From Lobosporangium transversale (Eukaryota): 64,000 bases of DNA. The notes under the pieces are model-generated. The model saw only the letters and a list, made by a program, of their open reading frames with translations, was not told the DNA's origin and did not search any database. The stretch spans positions 620,001 through 684,000 of the forward strand of contig NW_019028994.1 in the NCBI RefSeq assembly GCF_002105155.1. Reading direction: 5' to 3'. The position numbers were made by a program, and so were the translations under genes. How positions within the stretch are numbered: the stretch's first letter is position 1; every line of letters begins with the position of its first letter. Positions 26,001 to 39,353 of this stretch are shown one piece after another.

Positions 26001-27808
26001 ATAGCGCAAGGCTGAAAGAAGAGAACGGCTGAAGCATGATCCATATTATATTGGTGGCAGTGATGATTCTTCAAGAAGTCAACAGAAAGCTCAGGATGAT
26101 TTGGATGTTGATTCGATCCCTATAGTTCAACTTAGCATGGCAGGGTTTGAGAAGCCGATTGTTCTTGGCAAAAAATCCAAGAAGAAATCCAAGCGAAGGG
26201 AGAGATCACCTTCTCCACCTCCTCAGCCAGTGGAGTTTGCAACGGAGGAAATGCCGGAGGATGCAATGCTTTCTGCGAGTGAAGATGACGCGGACAAGGC
26301 TGCGACTAGGCTTCATGGAGGTCAAAAGGGTATTCTGGATTATGACCAATCTGCACTTCATTCAGTAGATCTCTCCATTCCTGTGGGTGAAGATGAGGAT
26401 TTACCTCGGGCAAAACCATATATGAAGCCGGAAGAGGTTCGACGAATGGAAGATGAACTCGCACAGCGGCGTCGTATGGAGGCTTTGCAAATGAAGAAGG
26501 ACAAGAAGGACAAGAAGGAAGCCAAGAAATCCAAATCATCCAAGAAGGAGCCCAAGGCGGCGGAAGATAAAGAGACTATGAAGAAGAAGAAGAAGGGCAC
26601 GAAGAAATCGAAGGAACAGGGAGAGCAGCAATTGATAGAATTGGAAACGCCAGCCATTCAGCGCATATCACCGGAACCTGAACGTGTCAAAACGAAAGCT
26701 CAAATTCCTAATGTGGTTCCGGAGGTTGTATCAACGCCGACGAAAAACAAGCCCAAGAAAGAGAAGGAAAAGGAGAAAACAAAAGCAAAAGAGGGCAGCA
26801 AATCGAGCGAAACGAAGACCAAGAAAAGCGGTACTGCAAAGAAGTCGACAAAGGAACCCGCAATTGTTTCGTTCCCAGAGCGCTCCGGTTTGGAGTTGGT
26901 TTTGAATGACAACATTGCTTTAGTAAGTTCTCAAAGCAACAAGTCGTTGCAGAATTTTATAAATAAGGAGTACTTTTATTTGTTCTAATGGCCATACATT
27001 TTTTTTTTTTTTTTTTTTTTTCCCTTAACTGTAGACATACGGTATTGCGCTCTCGCAAACAAGTTTAGAGTCACCGACTGCACCAGGAAGCGACACTACG
27101 TCTGACCCGATGATCTCTGTTCACTTTCAGATGCATAACCGCAACTTGACAGAATCTATAACATCAGCGCGTGTAGTGTTTGCGGATTCGTTTGATGTAC
27201 GTCTTGGAGGAACGTATGCGGATCAAGAGAGTGTTATGATTTCGTCTTTGGTTGATCCCCAGAGCAAAGCAGAGCTGTCACTCGAACTAGTGGTGTTGGG
27301 CCGCATCCGCTATGAGCTCAAAGTGATGGGTACACTGTTCTATGAGGTCAATGGACATGGAGAGTCGATTGAATTTAGCTTTGATGTGCCTCCATCGACT
27401 TTTATGTTGGCAATCCCTAGATTGACTGGAGCAGAGTTTTCAAAGGTATTGACGGAGCAACTGGAGTCATTCTCGGCAACAGGATCAGCGACAGTACAAT
27501 TAGCACAGAGCACGAATGGTCAAGATTCACAGTTCTGGGATGCGGTAGAGAAGATCACGAGGGATGTGACACATACACATGTGGTTGAGGTAGTAGATGG
27601 AGCTGCCAGCTTTTTCGGACGGAGTTGGCAAGGGTACCAGGTTGCGGGGTTGATCAAGGTCCGGAAGGAGGGTGGAGAGAAGGTGGGAGAGGAAGGAGAA
27701 GCAGGAGCAGAAGAGGGATCAAGGACGGTTGAGGTAGAGATGAAGTGTACAGACCAATTGTTTGTGGATGGTCTTGTACAGGAACTACTTGCAGAGGAGA
27801 CATACTAG
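22815..27808 (+). CDS. APL5: AP-3 adaptor complex subunit delta, multi-exon
   Basis: TLTDLIRGIR, MMGYDMSWASFHVVEVMSS, VLMLTTNLIKKDL, NNWMLIKIIKLF, KYIGLLAL, ELNPVAPKAQRKVPVPEGLDL, Lys-rich hinge and C-terminal ear-like domain. Confidence 0.95.
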
Positions 27809-27920
27809 ACGCGTCTTGAGCAAATGTAGTTTACGCTATGTATTTGTCGGGAGGAGAGAGAGGAATGTGGAGGAAGAGGGGGAATAAAAAATCTTTTTTC
27901 CCGCATGCGGGGAATTTTCT

Positions 27921-27962
27921 CCTTTAGTCCTTAGTCCTCAGTCCTTAGTCTTAGTCCGAGTC
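27921..27962. repeat. Short tandem repeat (TTAGTCC)n, ~5 degenerate units
   Basis: cctttagtccttagtcctcagtccttagtcttagtccgagtc. Confidence 0.7.
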
Positions 27963-28247
27963 TTGATACTGAAATCAAAGATCTTTTTAGCATCTTTGAA
28001 ACTGAGGGCTGAACATGATAAGCAAAAAAGAAAAAAATGATCAGTGCTCTTCTGTGGGAAAAAAAAAAAAAAAGAATCTCTTGTATTTCTTATCTATTCT
28101 TTTTTTTTTTTTTTTTCTTTTCTTTCGGCATTCGCTTCATTCCTTTTCTTCATTCGTTCTTCCTTTTCCTCCACTTGGTCTCTTTCTCCTTTGGTTTCTT
28201 ATTCACATATTTGAGGTTTCTTTTTTTTTTCTTTTTGTTCAACAACC

Positions 28248-29713
28248 ATGGTCTACTTCAGCGACGAAGCAATCAAGAACAACCTGGAGTGGGTTTCAGG
28301 GTTGTCAATTGACACAGAACCCACGGGCGTTCGTCGGTCCTCTATCATCTGCACCATCGGTACTTTTATTCTTTCTTACAATTCCGTTATTTGATTGCTG
28401 ACATCGCATTATTTAAAAAGATGTTATCAATTAGACAAAAAATAAAAGAAAAAAGAAAAAGAAAAAGAAAAGAACCATCCTTGTTGACAAATACTTTTAT
28501 TTTTTGCTTTCTTTTTTTTATCTTATTCCCCTAGGCCCAAAGACAAACTCGGTCGAAATGATCACAGCATTGCGAAAGGAGGGCATGAACATCGTGCGCA
28601 TGGTATGGACCCTCTTTTTTTTTTTTTTTTTTTTTTTAATCATCAATTAGGTTTTCTTTTTGCTTTTGAGGTTTGAATGTCTACATGTGGTCTATGCATA
28701 TAATTTACTTTTTTTTAAACGTTGGATTGGAATCTTCCGCTCCCCTCCTTCAAGAACTTCAGTCATGGTTCATACGAGTACCACAAGTCAGTCATCGATA
28801 ATACCCGCAAGAGCTGTGCCGAAACTCCAGGCAAACCAGTCGCTATTGCTCTTGATACCAAGGGACCCGAGATCCGTACGGGTGTGATGGGTGGTGATGG
28901 AAGCGATGTACCGTTTGTGGCAGGGCATGAAATGATTTTCAGCACAAAGGATGAATATGCAGAATCCGGTAACGACCAGGTCCTCTATATCGATTACAAG
29001 AACCTTCCCAAGGTGATGTCACCCGGGAAGGTGATCTTTATTGATGATGGAGTCATGTCCTTCAAGGTCCTCGAGATCTTATCAGAGACCGATATCAAGG
29101 TCGTGGCTTTAAACAATGGGAAACTTTCCTCCAGAAAGGGAGTGAACCTGCCCAAGACCAATGTGGACTTGCCTGCCCTTTCAGAAAAGGATAAAAAGGA
29201 TTTACAGTTCGGTATTGAGCATGATGTGGACATGATCTTTGCTTCGTTTATTCGAAGTGGTGAGGATGTACGAGAGATTCGTCGTGTCCTTGGTGATGCT
29301 GGAAAACATATCAAGATCATCTCGAAGATTGAGAACCATCAGGTAAAATTAAAGAAAGAAGAAGAAGAAGAAGGCATTGATGATGAAGATGAGGAGGAGT
29401 AGGAAGGACATGATTAATAACGCAATGGACTCTTTAAAAAAAAAAAAAGGGCGTCCAAAACTTTGATAGCATTTTGGCAGAGACTGATGGAGTGATGGTG
29501 GCCCGTGGTGACTTGGGTATTGAGATTCCTTGCTCGACTGTCTTTTTGGCCCAGAAGATGATGATTGCAAAGTGTAGCATTGCAGGCAAGCCTGTCATCT
29601 GTGCCACACAGATGCTTGAATCCATGACCGTAAGTTGTTTAATACAAGAATGTTAAAGGCCTGCTTCAAGTTTTTTTTTTAAAAAAAATCCTTGGCCTGA
29701 CTTTTTCTTTTTC

Positions 29714-29748
<35 letters not shown>

Positions 29749-30457
29749 GTACAATCCTAGACCTACTCGTGCAGAAGTGTCTGACGTTGCAAATGCGATT
29801 TTAGATGGAGCGGATTGTGTAATGTTATCAGGAGAGACTGCCAAAGGATCCTATCCTCTTGAAGCTGTCCGTACGATGCATGAAACATGTCTCTTAGCAG
29901 AGTCCGCTATCTGCTATCCTCCCTTGTTCAATGAGATCCGAGACTTGACCCCCCGTCCTACTGAGACGACCGAGACTGTGGCTTCATCTGCAGTGTCTGC
30001 AGCACAGGAACAAGCAGCAGGAGCCATTATTGTCTTGACAACGAGTGGTACGACCGCCCGATTGGTAAGCAAATACAGGCCAAAGTGCCCGATCATTGTC
30101 TTGACACGCTATGCATCCACCGCCAGACAGGTTCATCTTCACCGAGGCTGCTACCCATACTTTTATGAAATCAAACGAGGTGCTGATTGGCAGGAGGATG
30201 TCGGTAAGTTTTTTATTTTTTATTTTTTATTTTTTTTATTTTTTTATTTTTTTATTTCAAAAGTCAATAAGCGGTTCTCACAAGTCTTGGAATTCTCATA
30301 CCTTTTTCTTTCAATGACAGATGCTCGTCTCAAGTACGGCATGAGGAAGGCTATAGAGGACGGCCTTCTAAAGAAGGGTGACGTGATAGTCATGATCCAA
30401 GGTTGGAAGGGAGGTCTTGGCAACACAAACACTCTTCGTGTCCTCCATGCCGAATAG
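28248..30457 (+). CDS. PYK1: Pyruvate kinase, multi-exon
   Basis: [84 protein letters not shown]. Confidence 0.97.
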
Positions 30458-30785
30458 ATAGATTATTTATATATAAAAAAAAAAAAAAAAAAAAAAAGAT
30501 AGGTAATAAAACATTATTGCTTTTGTTTTTTTTTTTTTTTATTAGTATTTTTTTCTCTATTTTTTACTTTCTTATTTTTTTTCTTTTTATTAATGGTGTA
30601 AGAGTGCTTAATTGATTCTATGAGGAAAACAAGATTTTATAAAAGTATATAGTGTATATGTGTATAAGTAATATATGGTTCAGAAAACATTTACAATGTC
30701 AATGATTAAAAGGTGCTTGGGGAAGAAGGCACTGATATTCTTCTGCCCCTTATTCGAAAGAGTTTTTTTTTTTTTTTTTTTTTTT

Positions 30786-32373
30786 TTACACTACTTCAAC
30801 AGATTCCATCCAAGTGATGATATCGTCACGAGCCTTTCGATCTTTCAAGAGCTTGACAGGGTGTACAATACCCACGCCAGGCTGCATGTAATCACGCCAT
30901 AGCTCTCGCTCACCTCCATACCACAGATAAGACTCCTTCCAGTCCACCCAATTCTCTGTTGGCTCTACAGCAATGAGCGCCAACCCTACTCCAAGCTCCA
31001 AAAAGACATCATGCTTAAGGAAGCGCGTAAGGACATCCTTGACCTCCAAGGAAATCCTTCCAGGAACATAGACTGCATCACAGAAGGCTCTGATATCGGC
31101 TGGTCCAGGGATTCCAGTGAACTTAGCTATCCGCTCTCTCTGAATATCCGTAAAAGAGGTAGGATCATTCCACATGTCGGTTGTTCCTGGCCTCTCCCAG
31201 TGCCAGGAGTATGGTGGTGGTTTGGATCGGTCACGAAGATCTTCTGACAAGATGGGGACATGCTTCCATACTTTGTCCAGATCATATGTGGCAAGCTGAT
31301 GGACGTTTAGAAGGGTATCATCGTTTGTATAAAGATAGCCCGAGTAATTGGGGAATTCCTCCATCGCCATCACCAGAGATTTATATCCAATGTTTCCTTC
31401 ATTATGTGAAACAGACCTGACGACTCCTTGGAGATGTTCAGGGACGTCTGGACCATACATGACAATATTAGGGAAGTGAGGCTTGTAGATCGAGAGATAC
31501 GGCTCAATTGCATCGTAGAGCGGCCAGTTAAAGTTGACGACCAGAAGTACGTCATTGAAAATATCCACTGTTCGCGGTTTGTCCTTGACGATTTGAATCT
31601 TGGCCATGGACGGATCTGTTGTGTCTGCTTTACATTGATTAAGGGCCTCAAAAGAAAGTCGATGAGAATCGGTTGAAACAATGGGCTTTTGGATGGCAGT
31701 GATAGAATTCCGGACAGCCTGACGGTTGTAAAGGGTCACATCCGGGAAGTTATATCCTACGTTTTGAAGATCTCTGACCCATCGTTCTGAAAGATCCACA
31801 TCTCCCTCTCCAATGAATTTCTCCTTTGCCATGGCTTTCATGAGGTCAACAATACGAGTTCCGAGGTTGGTGGAGGGAGATGACCAGTTGGCGAGGAATT
31901 CGACGAGCTTTGAGGCCTCTGAATAGAGTTGGAGTTCGTCCTCATAATCAGCCAGATAGTTGTGAGCGTTTCGAATCTGATCAACCGTGGGCTTGGTGAA
32001 GCCCAAGGAGCCATTAATGTCCCAAAGTAACCGTTGGACCCAATAGCCGCGCCAGATATCACAAACTCGGAAGGAGACTGGAATCAAAAAAGAAAAAGAT
32101 AAAAAAAAGACATCCTTAATCAATGAGCATATTATATTGTGTACCGTAAAAAGAATAAAAAAAAAAAAAAAAAAAAAAAAAATTAGTCTTTTATGAATGC
32201 TTCTTTCTCATACCTGTGATTGGCAGTAACAATCCCCAGAATGCATCGTAACTGAACAAAGTGTTCTAAATAGAAAGAAAGATGAACGTTTTAACGACGA
32301 TTGTTTGATTGTAATTGTTTGATTATCTGATTGTTTGATTATGATTATGATAGTGAATTGCAGTGCTTGTGCC

Positions 32374-32407
<34 letters not shown>

Positions 32408-33269
32408 TGGGAATTAAAGGGACAGAACGATCCTGGGGACAACCGAATGGAGGGTGATTTTTTACAGAACTTGATCTTCTTCAACTCCTGTCCTTGAGTC
32501 AAACGGAAGATGGCATCAACATCAGGGTCCAAATCAGCCAAGCCTTGTTGAATCATCACAGGGGGTCCCACCAATTTCCTCTCCTTCTCAGGGAGGGAAG
32601 CATAGGATGGAAGATATGATACAGGTCGTTCAATGTCAATTTCATTCAAAGGGAAGCCCCGTGGCCAAACATCGGGTCTGCCGAAATGTGAATAGACATT
32701 GACGCTTCTCTCTTCAGGTTTGTCCGTGCGATAGGTGATGACACTCTCAGTGGGTGATTCGAATGTGATGTTGGTATTTGGAAGATTGTCGTCTAGGATG
32801 ATAAGAATAAATAAGAATGTATTTTAGAGGTTTAAATCTTAATTTATTTATTTTATTTTTTTTACAACTCAGTCAATGTGCGTTGTTGTACCTCTCAAAG
32901 TGCATTATTTTTGTTATTATCATTGTTATTGTTCTCCTTACCATCAGTATCAAAAATTGTAGTGGCACCTTGTTGAATAGCCCAGAGATAGCCAATGTTC
33001 TTGCGAGTGTATGCTCTGTAGGGAATCACCTCTGTAATACCGAATTTTAGACATTGTTGGTCTTCGACTGTCAGGTACACACAGGAACCGCATTCCCATT
33101 CTTTGGGTGATTTCGTATCTGCCACAACGACCACCTACACAACAAATGACAGTGGTTTTTGGGTATTTTAGTGTTTTGTAAGAAAATCAAAAAAAAAAAA
33201 GACCCCTGTCTCTCTTTTATTTAATATGCATAAGCAACGTCTCATCAGCCCTCTTTTTCTTTCTTTCTT

Positions 33270-33305
<36 letters not shown>

Positions 33306-33611
33306 CACGTTCCACTCCTTGAGATTGCATAAAAGATTCATGGCATCTGTTGGTGGGTTAATGGTGGTTACTACGATCCAATTCTTGCCAACAAGTTTCT
33401 TTTTGGCCGCAAGTTGTTCATCTGGGACCGTGCATTTGTTAGAGACGCTGTCGGCTGTTGACGAACTTTGTCTGAAGAATGGACTGTGGAGATGGAAAAG
33501 AGATAAGCTGAAGAAGACACAGAGTGCACAAAAGATTGCCCAGAGTTTCTTGCGAGAGGTACGGGTCATAGAGGTGGACCAGCTGTTGTTGAAACTGAAT
33601 TGGGCCGTCAT
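30786..33611 (-). CDS. STELLO-like (DUF288) type II membrane glycosyltransferase, multi-exon
   Basis: N-terminal TM helix, KNWIVVTTINPPT, VVVVADTKSP, RKNIGYLWAIQQGA..IFDTDDDN, WPRGFPL, QQGLADLDPDVDAIFRLT, PFNSQNT, FRVCDIWRGYWVQRLLW. Confidence 0.88.
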
Positions 33612-35484
33612 TTTTTCATTATATGATGGGGGGAGGAGAAAGGTGGGGAGGGGTGAGAGTGAGGATGAGGATGGGACGAAGAGAAAGGAAGGAAGGATGA
33701 GTTAAAAGACAACAAGAAAGAAAGAAAGAAAGAAAAAAGAAAAAGAAGAAAAAAACCCTGTGCCTGCGTTTGTGCTTGTATGGTTTGATTTGATCTCCCA
33801 TTGAGAATAGGGTTCCGGTAAGATGAGGGCTGTAGTAAACTCGCCTATTGCTTTGGCTTTTGGGACATTTTAATTTGAGTCTTGTCCAAATTTGGGACTA
33901 TTTTTAGCCTTACGAAACAAAGAAAAAAAAAAAAAAAAAAAATTAAAATACATCCACCATGTGCAGTAATGAGTAACGAGAACATAAAAGGGATAGTCTA
34001 GTGGGTCTAAAACTTTCGCCTCGCATTGCAAAGAAGATGGACCAAACTGCTATTTGACAAAGCCGCTAAAAGCACAATAGGCTATGTCTGTGCATATTAT
34101 ATCCCGTATACATTCCTTCCCTTTTTTCCTTTCTTTTTTTTTTTTTTGACATTATTCCATATTTCAAGGATCCAACCTGGCTCATAAAGTATATATCACA
34201 ACATCTTTTTTGCTCCGCAGTCCTACTCTTTCTTTTTTGTGAACCTTTTCAATGCATGGAATGGTTGGTTCCACAGTTTGATGTTTGGAAATGATTAACG
34301 GGATGCATGGCGTGGCGCTGTTCAAATGGCCCTAAATCATTTGCAACACTTGCCCCTCGTGCAACGTGTAATGGGCTCTCAATTGAGAAGAAAACACAAT
34401 GCTGAGAATTGTCCAATCTTCAATAGCAAAAAAAAAAAAAAAGTCTCCTTATTTAATCAGTCAAAGAAGATCATTTATCATAGACTTTACTGTGCAAGAC
34501 AATAACTATATCTATATCATCAATTATCCTATCAAGATGGCGCCTATCAAGATGGGGTCCTACTATTTATTAAAGGGAAAAAAAAGAAAAAGGAAAAAAA
34601 AAAAAGAAAAAGGAAAGAAAAAGAATATACATGTATATAGACTGATGGGATGGTGATGGGGGCGAGGGCGAGGGCATTTACCATGTGTACATGGATTACT
34701 GAAGGACTGTTTTAGAGTTGAGCCTAACAGCCCACCTTTTTTGATACGCCATTTACCTTCCAATACTGAAACCGTTGGTTTGATCGTAATGAATATAGTA
34801 TACATGTACAGTACATTTGCTATTCAAATATCGGCTCAGTATCTGTGTATCTGGTTCATAGCCTGTCCCTGTCTCAGCATGCTGGGCAATTCAGTGTTAC
34901 CTCAGGTCCAGCATATTATAACAGTTTATAGAACGGATTCATTCAATTGGCCCCAGCTTCCTTGTCCCATCCTTTTTGATCTTTCCCACTCGATAAGAGG
35001 AACGTGGCGTAACAACAACTCTGCAAGGGCTCAAGTACAGGGCCTTCACTAGGCTTTTGCATGTATCCCCAAACCTAACCCTCATACGCCACAAACAATG
35101 ATCTGAACGAAATACTTGTAAAGCAGACAATCCGCCTGTTACTTCTGAGTGGTATTGTCTGCTGTCTAAATGAAAGGTGGCTCAGTAGAATATGTATGCC
35201 TTAGCTTATGGCCATGACAGCTAAAAAAAAATAAAAATAAAAAATAAAAAAAAAAAAATCCGTCTAATGCTAATAAGCTATTTACCACTAGACCGTCAGC
35301 TCAGGTTTATTCCTATCCCATTTCTACCCCCCCTCGCCCCCCTTCTTACTTTGCCAACGAAACTAGTAGGTTGAAATTCTCACTGCTCTATTGGTTCAAG
35401 AGTTTAGTAAAAAACATTAGTAAAAAAAGATTCTACAACTACAAACACATCTTACAGGCCTTTTCCGAGTATTAGTTTTCAAGC

Positions 35485-35517
<33 letters not shown>

Positions 35518-38500
35518 CAGTTAGTTAATAAACCTTTCATGCTTTAACAATTGCTAATATCGGTATACCCTATACTTGTGGTAGTTTTAGAACTATCGAA
35601 TTAAAAAAAAGCCTAAATGGTGAATGACTCAGTCAAAGAGGACACGTCAACGTAGCTCGAGTTGATGAGCGGTCAAACTACACTATAGTAATATAGTTAA
35701 TTAATCTGTAGAAAAAACCTAGTTCCGACAATGTTAACAGAGTAATATTTCATTGACCAAGTGCAAGGTTTGTGTATGTACTCTTCCTAGACATTATTGA
35801 TCTCATTTCAGTCTATTGTCCTGGCAACCCATCCATAATCATGCATATAGATTATTCTCTTTCTAGAAGCCCTTCATCCCCTTCTCGAAAAGAGTTACAA
35901 GCGAGCAGACTGCTGAAGGGAAAAAAAAAAAGAATAAATAAAAAAAATATAACATGCACACACTCTTTTTACTGGTTATAGTGCATAAGATGTAAAAGTA
36001 AAAAAGGATCCAAAAGGTGTTTGAACCTGCAGTGAAGCAACGGTATGAAACGATAATGACAAATAAAAAGTTCCGAGCGTCAGAGAGACGCTGGAAGAGT
36101 TGTTAAGGATATCTCTTAAAGGGGGGAACAGAGCATATCGATCCTGAATGTACTGTACATGTATGCATCCATGCTTACTTTTCTTCTTTTTTCCCCTTTC
36201 CTCTTCCTTACAATGTCACTTTTTTTTTACCCATGGTCGAATCTTTGGAGTAAGGGACACACATTCACCTCTGGAACCTACAAAAAACATTGATTCACAT
36301 ACCAACAAAAAGTATTGTGAATTAAACCCCATTTTCTATATCCAAAGTTAATAGACTACAACCCAGAGGAGAAAAAGAACCGATAAACCATGTTTGACTC
36401 CATGAATACTCCTTCACGAAGTGTACTCACGCCAGCGCAGGCTCTGAGACTCTTCGATTTCTACATGCAGGGTACTCACATTATAGACGACGATAACGAC
36501 ATAGTGATGGAGCTGTGTCTCGATGCTGATTCTGTATTGTCTCGAGTCCAGAAGTCTGCAAGGAGGTCCCTTGCCTCAATGCCTTCAACCTCTGCAGCTT
36601 CGGGTGAAGATATGGAATTGCGCCAAGGTATTGCCTCAGCCTACCATGAGCTTGCACGCTTATTTGAACAGCTAGGTCATTTGGATGTTGCTCAAGGGCG
36701 CAGCAAGAAAGCTGAGAAATGGGGATACATCCAAGAAAGCAGTAACCATGGCAAGAATGCTAGTGACAATAACAAGGGTGGTAATAGCAACAACGGCACC
36801 AAACAAGAAAGTAGTGGAACCAATAGCAGCATATCAAACAGAATGGTGAAAACAGCACCAGCACAGACCATTGCAGCTATTTCAAAGGACATATTCAATC
36901 ACAATGAGCCTCCAACAGCCATCAAGTACAGCTTACCAGATGCTGGTACTCAGCTGAATGACATCCACCAGCTTGTATATTGTCTATCTCTGTTATCACT
37001 TACTCCTATCCAAACAAATGGTCTCAATGATCACGAGAAGGAGTGGCGACAGGCCATATTGAACGATCAAGATGAACATGAACGACTGTGTAAACTGGCT
37101 TCAGATGTGATTGAGTTGTTCATCAGCGATGACATCAAAGCCGAGGCATCTGTAGCTGAAGTTGTGGCTCTCTCCCCAGTCCTTGATCAAGCACAATTCA
37201 GAACACTACTCATGGCTTTGATCAATGGAATCAGCCAGAACATTATGCTGGATACTCATCTGTTACAAGGATTGGCTCAACTGATGCAGTGTGCTCCTCC
37301 TGGACACCTTGACTCCGATGACCTTGTCACAATCCTCAACACCCTCAATTATCGCTTACGAGGCACGCATAGTCAATCTGGAGACCATCTCTATTGCCTG
37401 TCTGTTACGGTTTCACATGTCCTCGATGCCATGGTCAACAACCAAGTCAAAGGTCTGAAGCAAGAACAACTCCATGAACCACTTGCTGCATTCCTCCAAG
37501 GACTAAAAGACAGTTCAGATCCTCAACTATTCTACCAAGCAGCTTATGCCTTCCAAGCCTTGCAGTATATTCCAAATGATGAATCAACAATGCAAGCCAT
37601 GCTTCGACGGACATCAGCAGTGATCCGAGGAGTGTTTGGAGTAGTGAGTGCAACCAAAGACTTAGATCTGAGTGCCTTCATGGATGAGATAAGCAGTATC
37701 CAGAAAAAGCTTCCTTCTGTGACAGAAGCTATTTACATGAGCTTAGGAATATATGAAAATACAACTCACTCTGTGAGAGTGGATCGACATTCAAACAGTG
37801 TATGGAAGGAGGACTTAGCTTTAGTCACAAGTCAGCATGGTATCCAGCACTGCGTGGAGCTGATGCACTGCTCCAGAGAGGCGAGTTCACCCAGTTCAAG
37901 ACTCTTGTGTGTGAAGCATCCTGTCGAAATGATGCAGCATTCCAATGGGGACTATGTCAGAGACTAGGACAGATTGCAGCTGATACACAGTGGACCATGG
38001 ATACTCGACAGGATGCCATCACACTCCTAGGAGAGATATACAAGAGTGACCAAGAGTGGGATAACCATGCACATATCAAGCAGTGGATCATAAGTATCCT
38101 TAGGGAACTATCCTCATTATCACCAGATGGTCTAAAAGGTACATATTGCTCCCTCTTTTTCTGTGGATATGTTTGGATGTTGGCAGTGCTCAGTAAATGG
38201 TGATTTATCTACTCACTCCATACACATATCCCTATCCTTCTCTTTCCAGCTGCAGACACTCTCTTGAATGAACTAGAGAAATATGGAGACCTCAAGAGAC
38301 AAGAGCTATATAGGAAATGTCTACAAGGGCCAATAACCCAGCATCATTTCATCATCACACACTCTCCATCTACATCTTCACATTTGCTTGACCTTGCACA
38401 GAATAGACCTGGTGTTGAGGACAGTCTACGGCGACTAAAGAGACAGCGGATGGAGATTGGAAACAACCAAGGGTTCTACATCAAACAGCATGCTAAAGCA

Positions 38501-39353
38501 AGTCCTCAAGCAAGCGATGACAAGCTATTCTTGCTGATGGACAAGGTAAAAGAGTTCCTGGATAGCGATCAGAAAGTGCTACTTGTCCAAGGAGATTCAG
38601 GAGCAGGCAAGTCCACATTCAATCGCACTCTGGAGCGTACACTCTGGGAGACATATCAAAATAGATATGGTCGGATTCCGCTGTTTATCAATCTCCCAGC
38701 CATCGACAAGCCAGAGAAGGATCTAGTTGCAAAGCAACTGCGACACTACGATTTCACGGAGCCCGAAATCAAAGAGCTGAAGAAGAGTCGGTCATTTGTT
38801 TTGATTTGTGATGGATATGATGAGGGCATGCAGACCACCAATCTGTATGTCTCCAACCAACTGAATAAGTCTGGAGAGTGGATGGCTCAGATGGTGATCA
38901 GCTGCCGCAGCGAGTACCTTGGATTGGACTATCGAGATCGGTTCCAACCTATGGACCGCAATCATCAAGCAGATGCTGGATTGTTTGAAGAGGCTGTGAT
39001 CATGCCATTCTCTGAGGCTCAGATCGATGACTATATCAAGCAATATGTCGATGCCATGGATCCACTGTGGCATGTGGGTGACTACCGGCGTGCATTCAGC
39101 CAGGTCCCTAGTCTACAAGACCTCGTAAAGAACCCATTCATGCTATCGATGTCACTAGAAGTACTCCCACGAATAGTAGTTCCAGATCAAGGAAGCACCA
39201 ACACCAAGATCAAACGTGTCACACTGTACGATCAGTTTGTTGAGCAGTGGCTCGAGCGAGGCAAGAAGCGACTAATCGATGTATTAGGACTACACGTATA
39301 AGATATCGTCTATGCCACGTGAGTAGTATTCTAAATCATCGTATACGCTATAT

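Noticed and set aside
35277..35700. Weak inverted similarity (gaccgtcagctc vs gagttgatgagcggtc) suggesting an old TIR element
   Set aside because: Too degenerate and no TSD.
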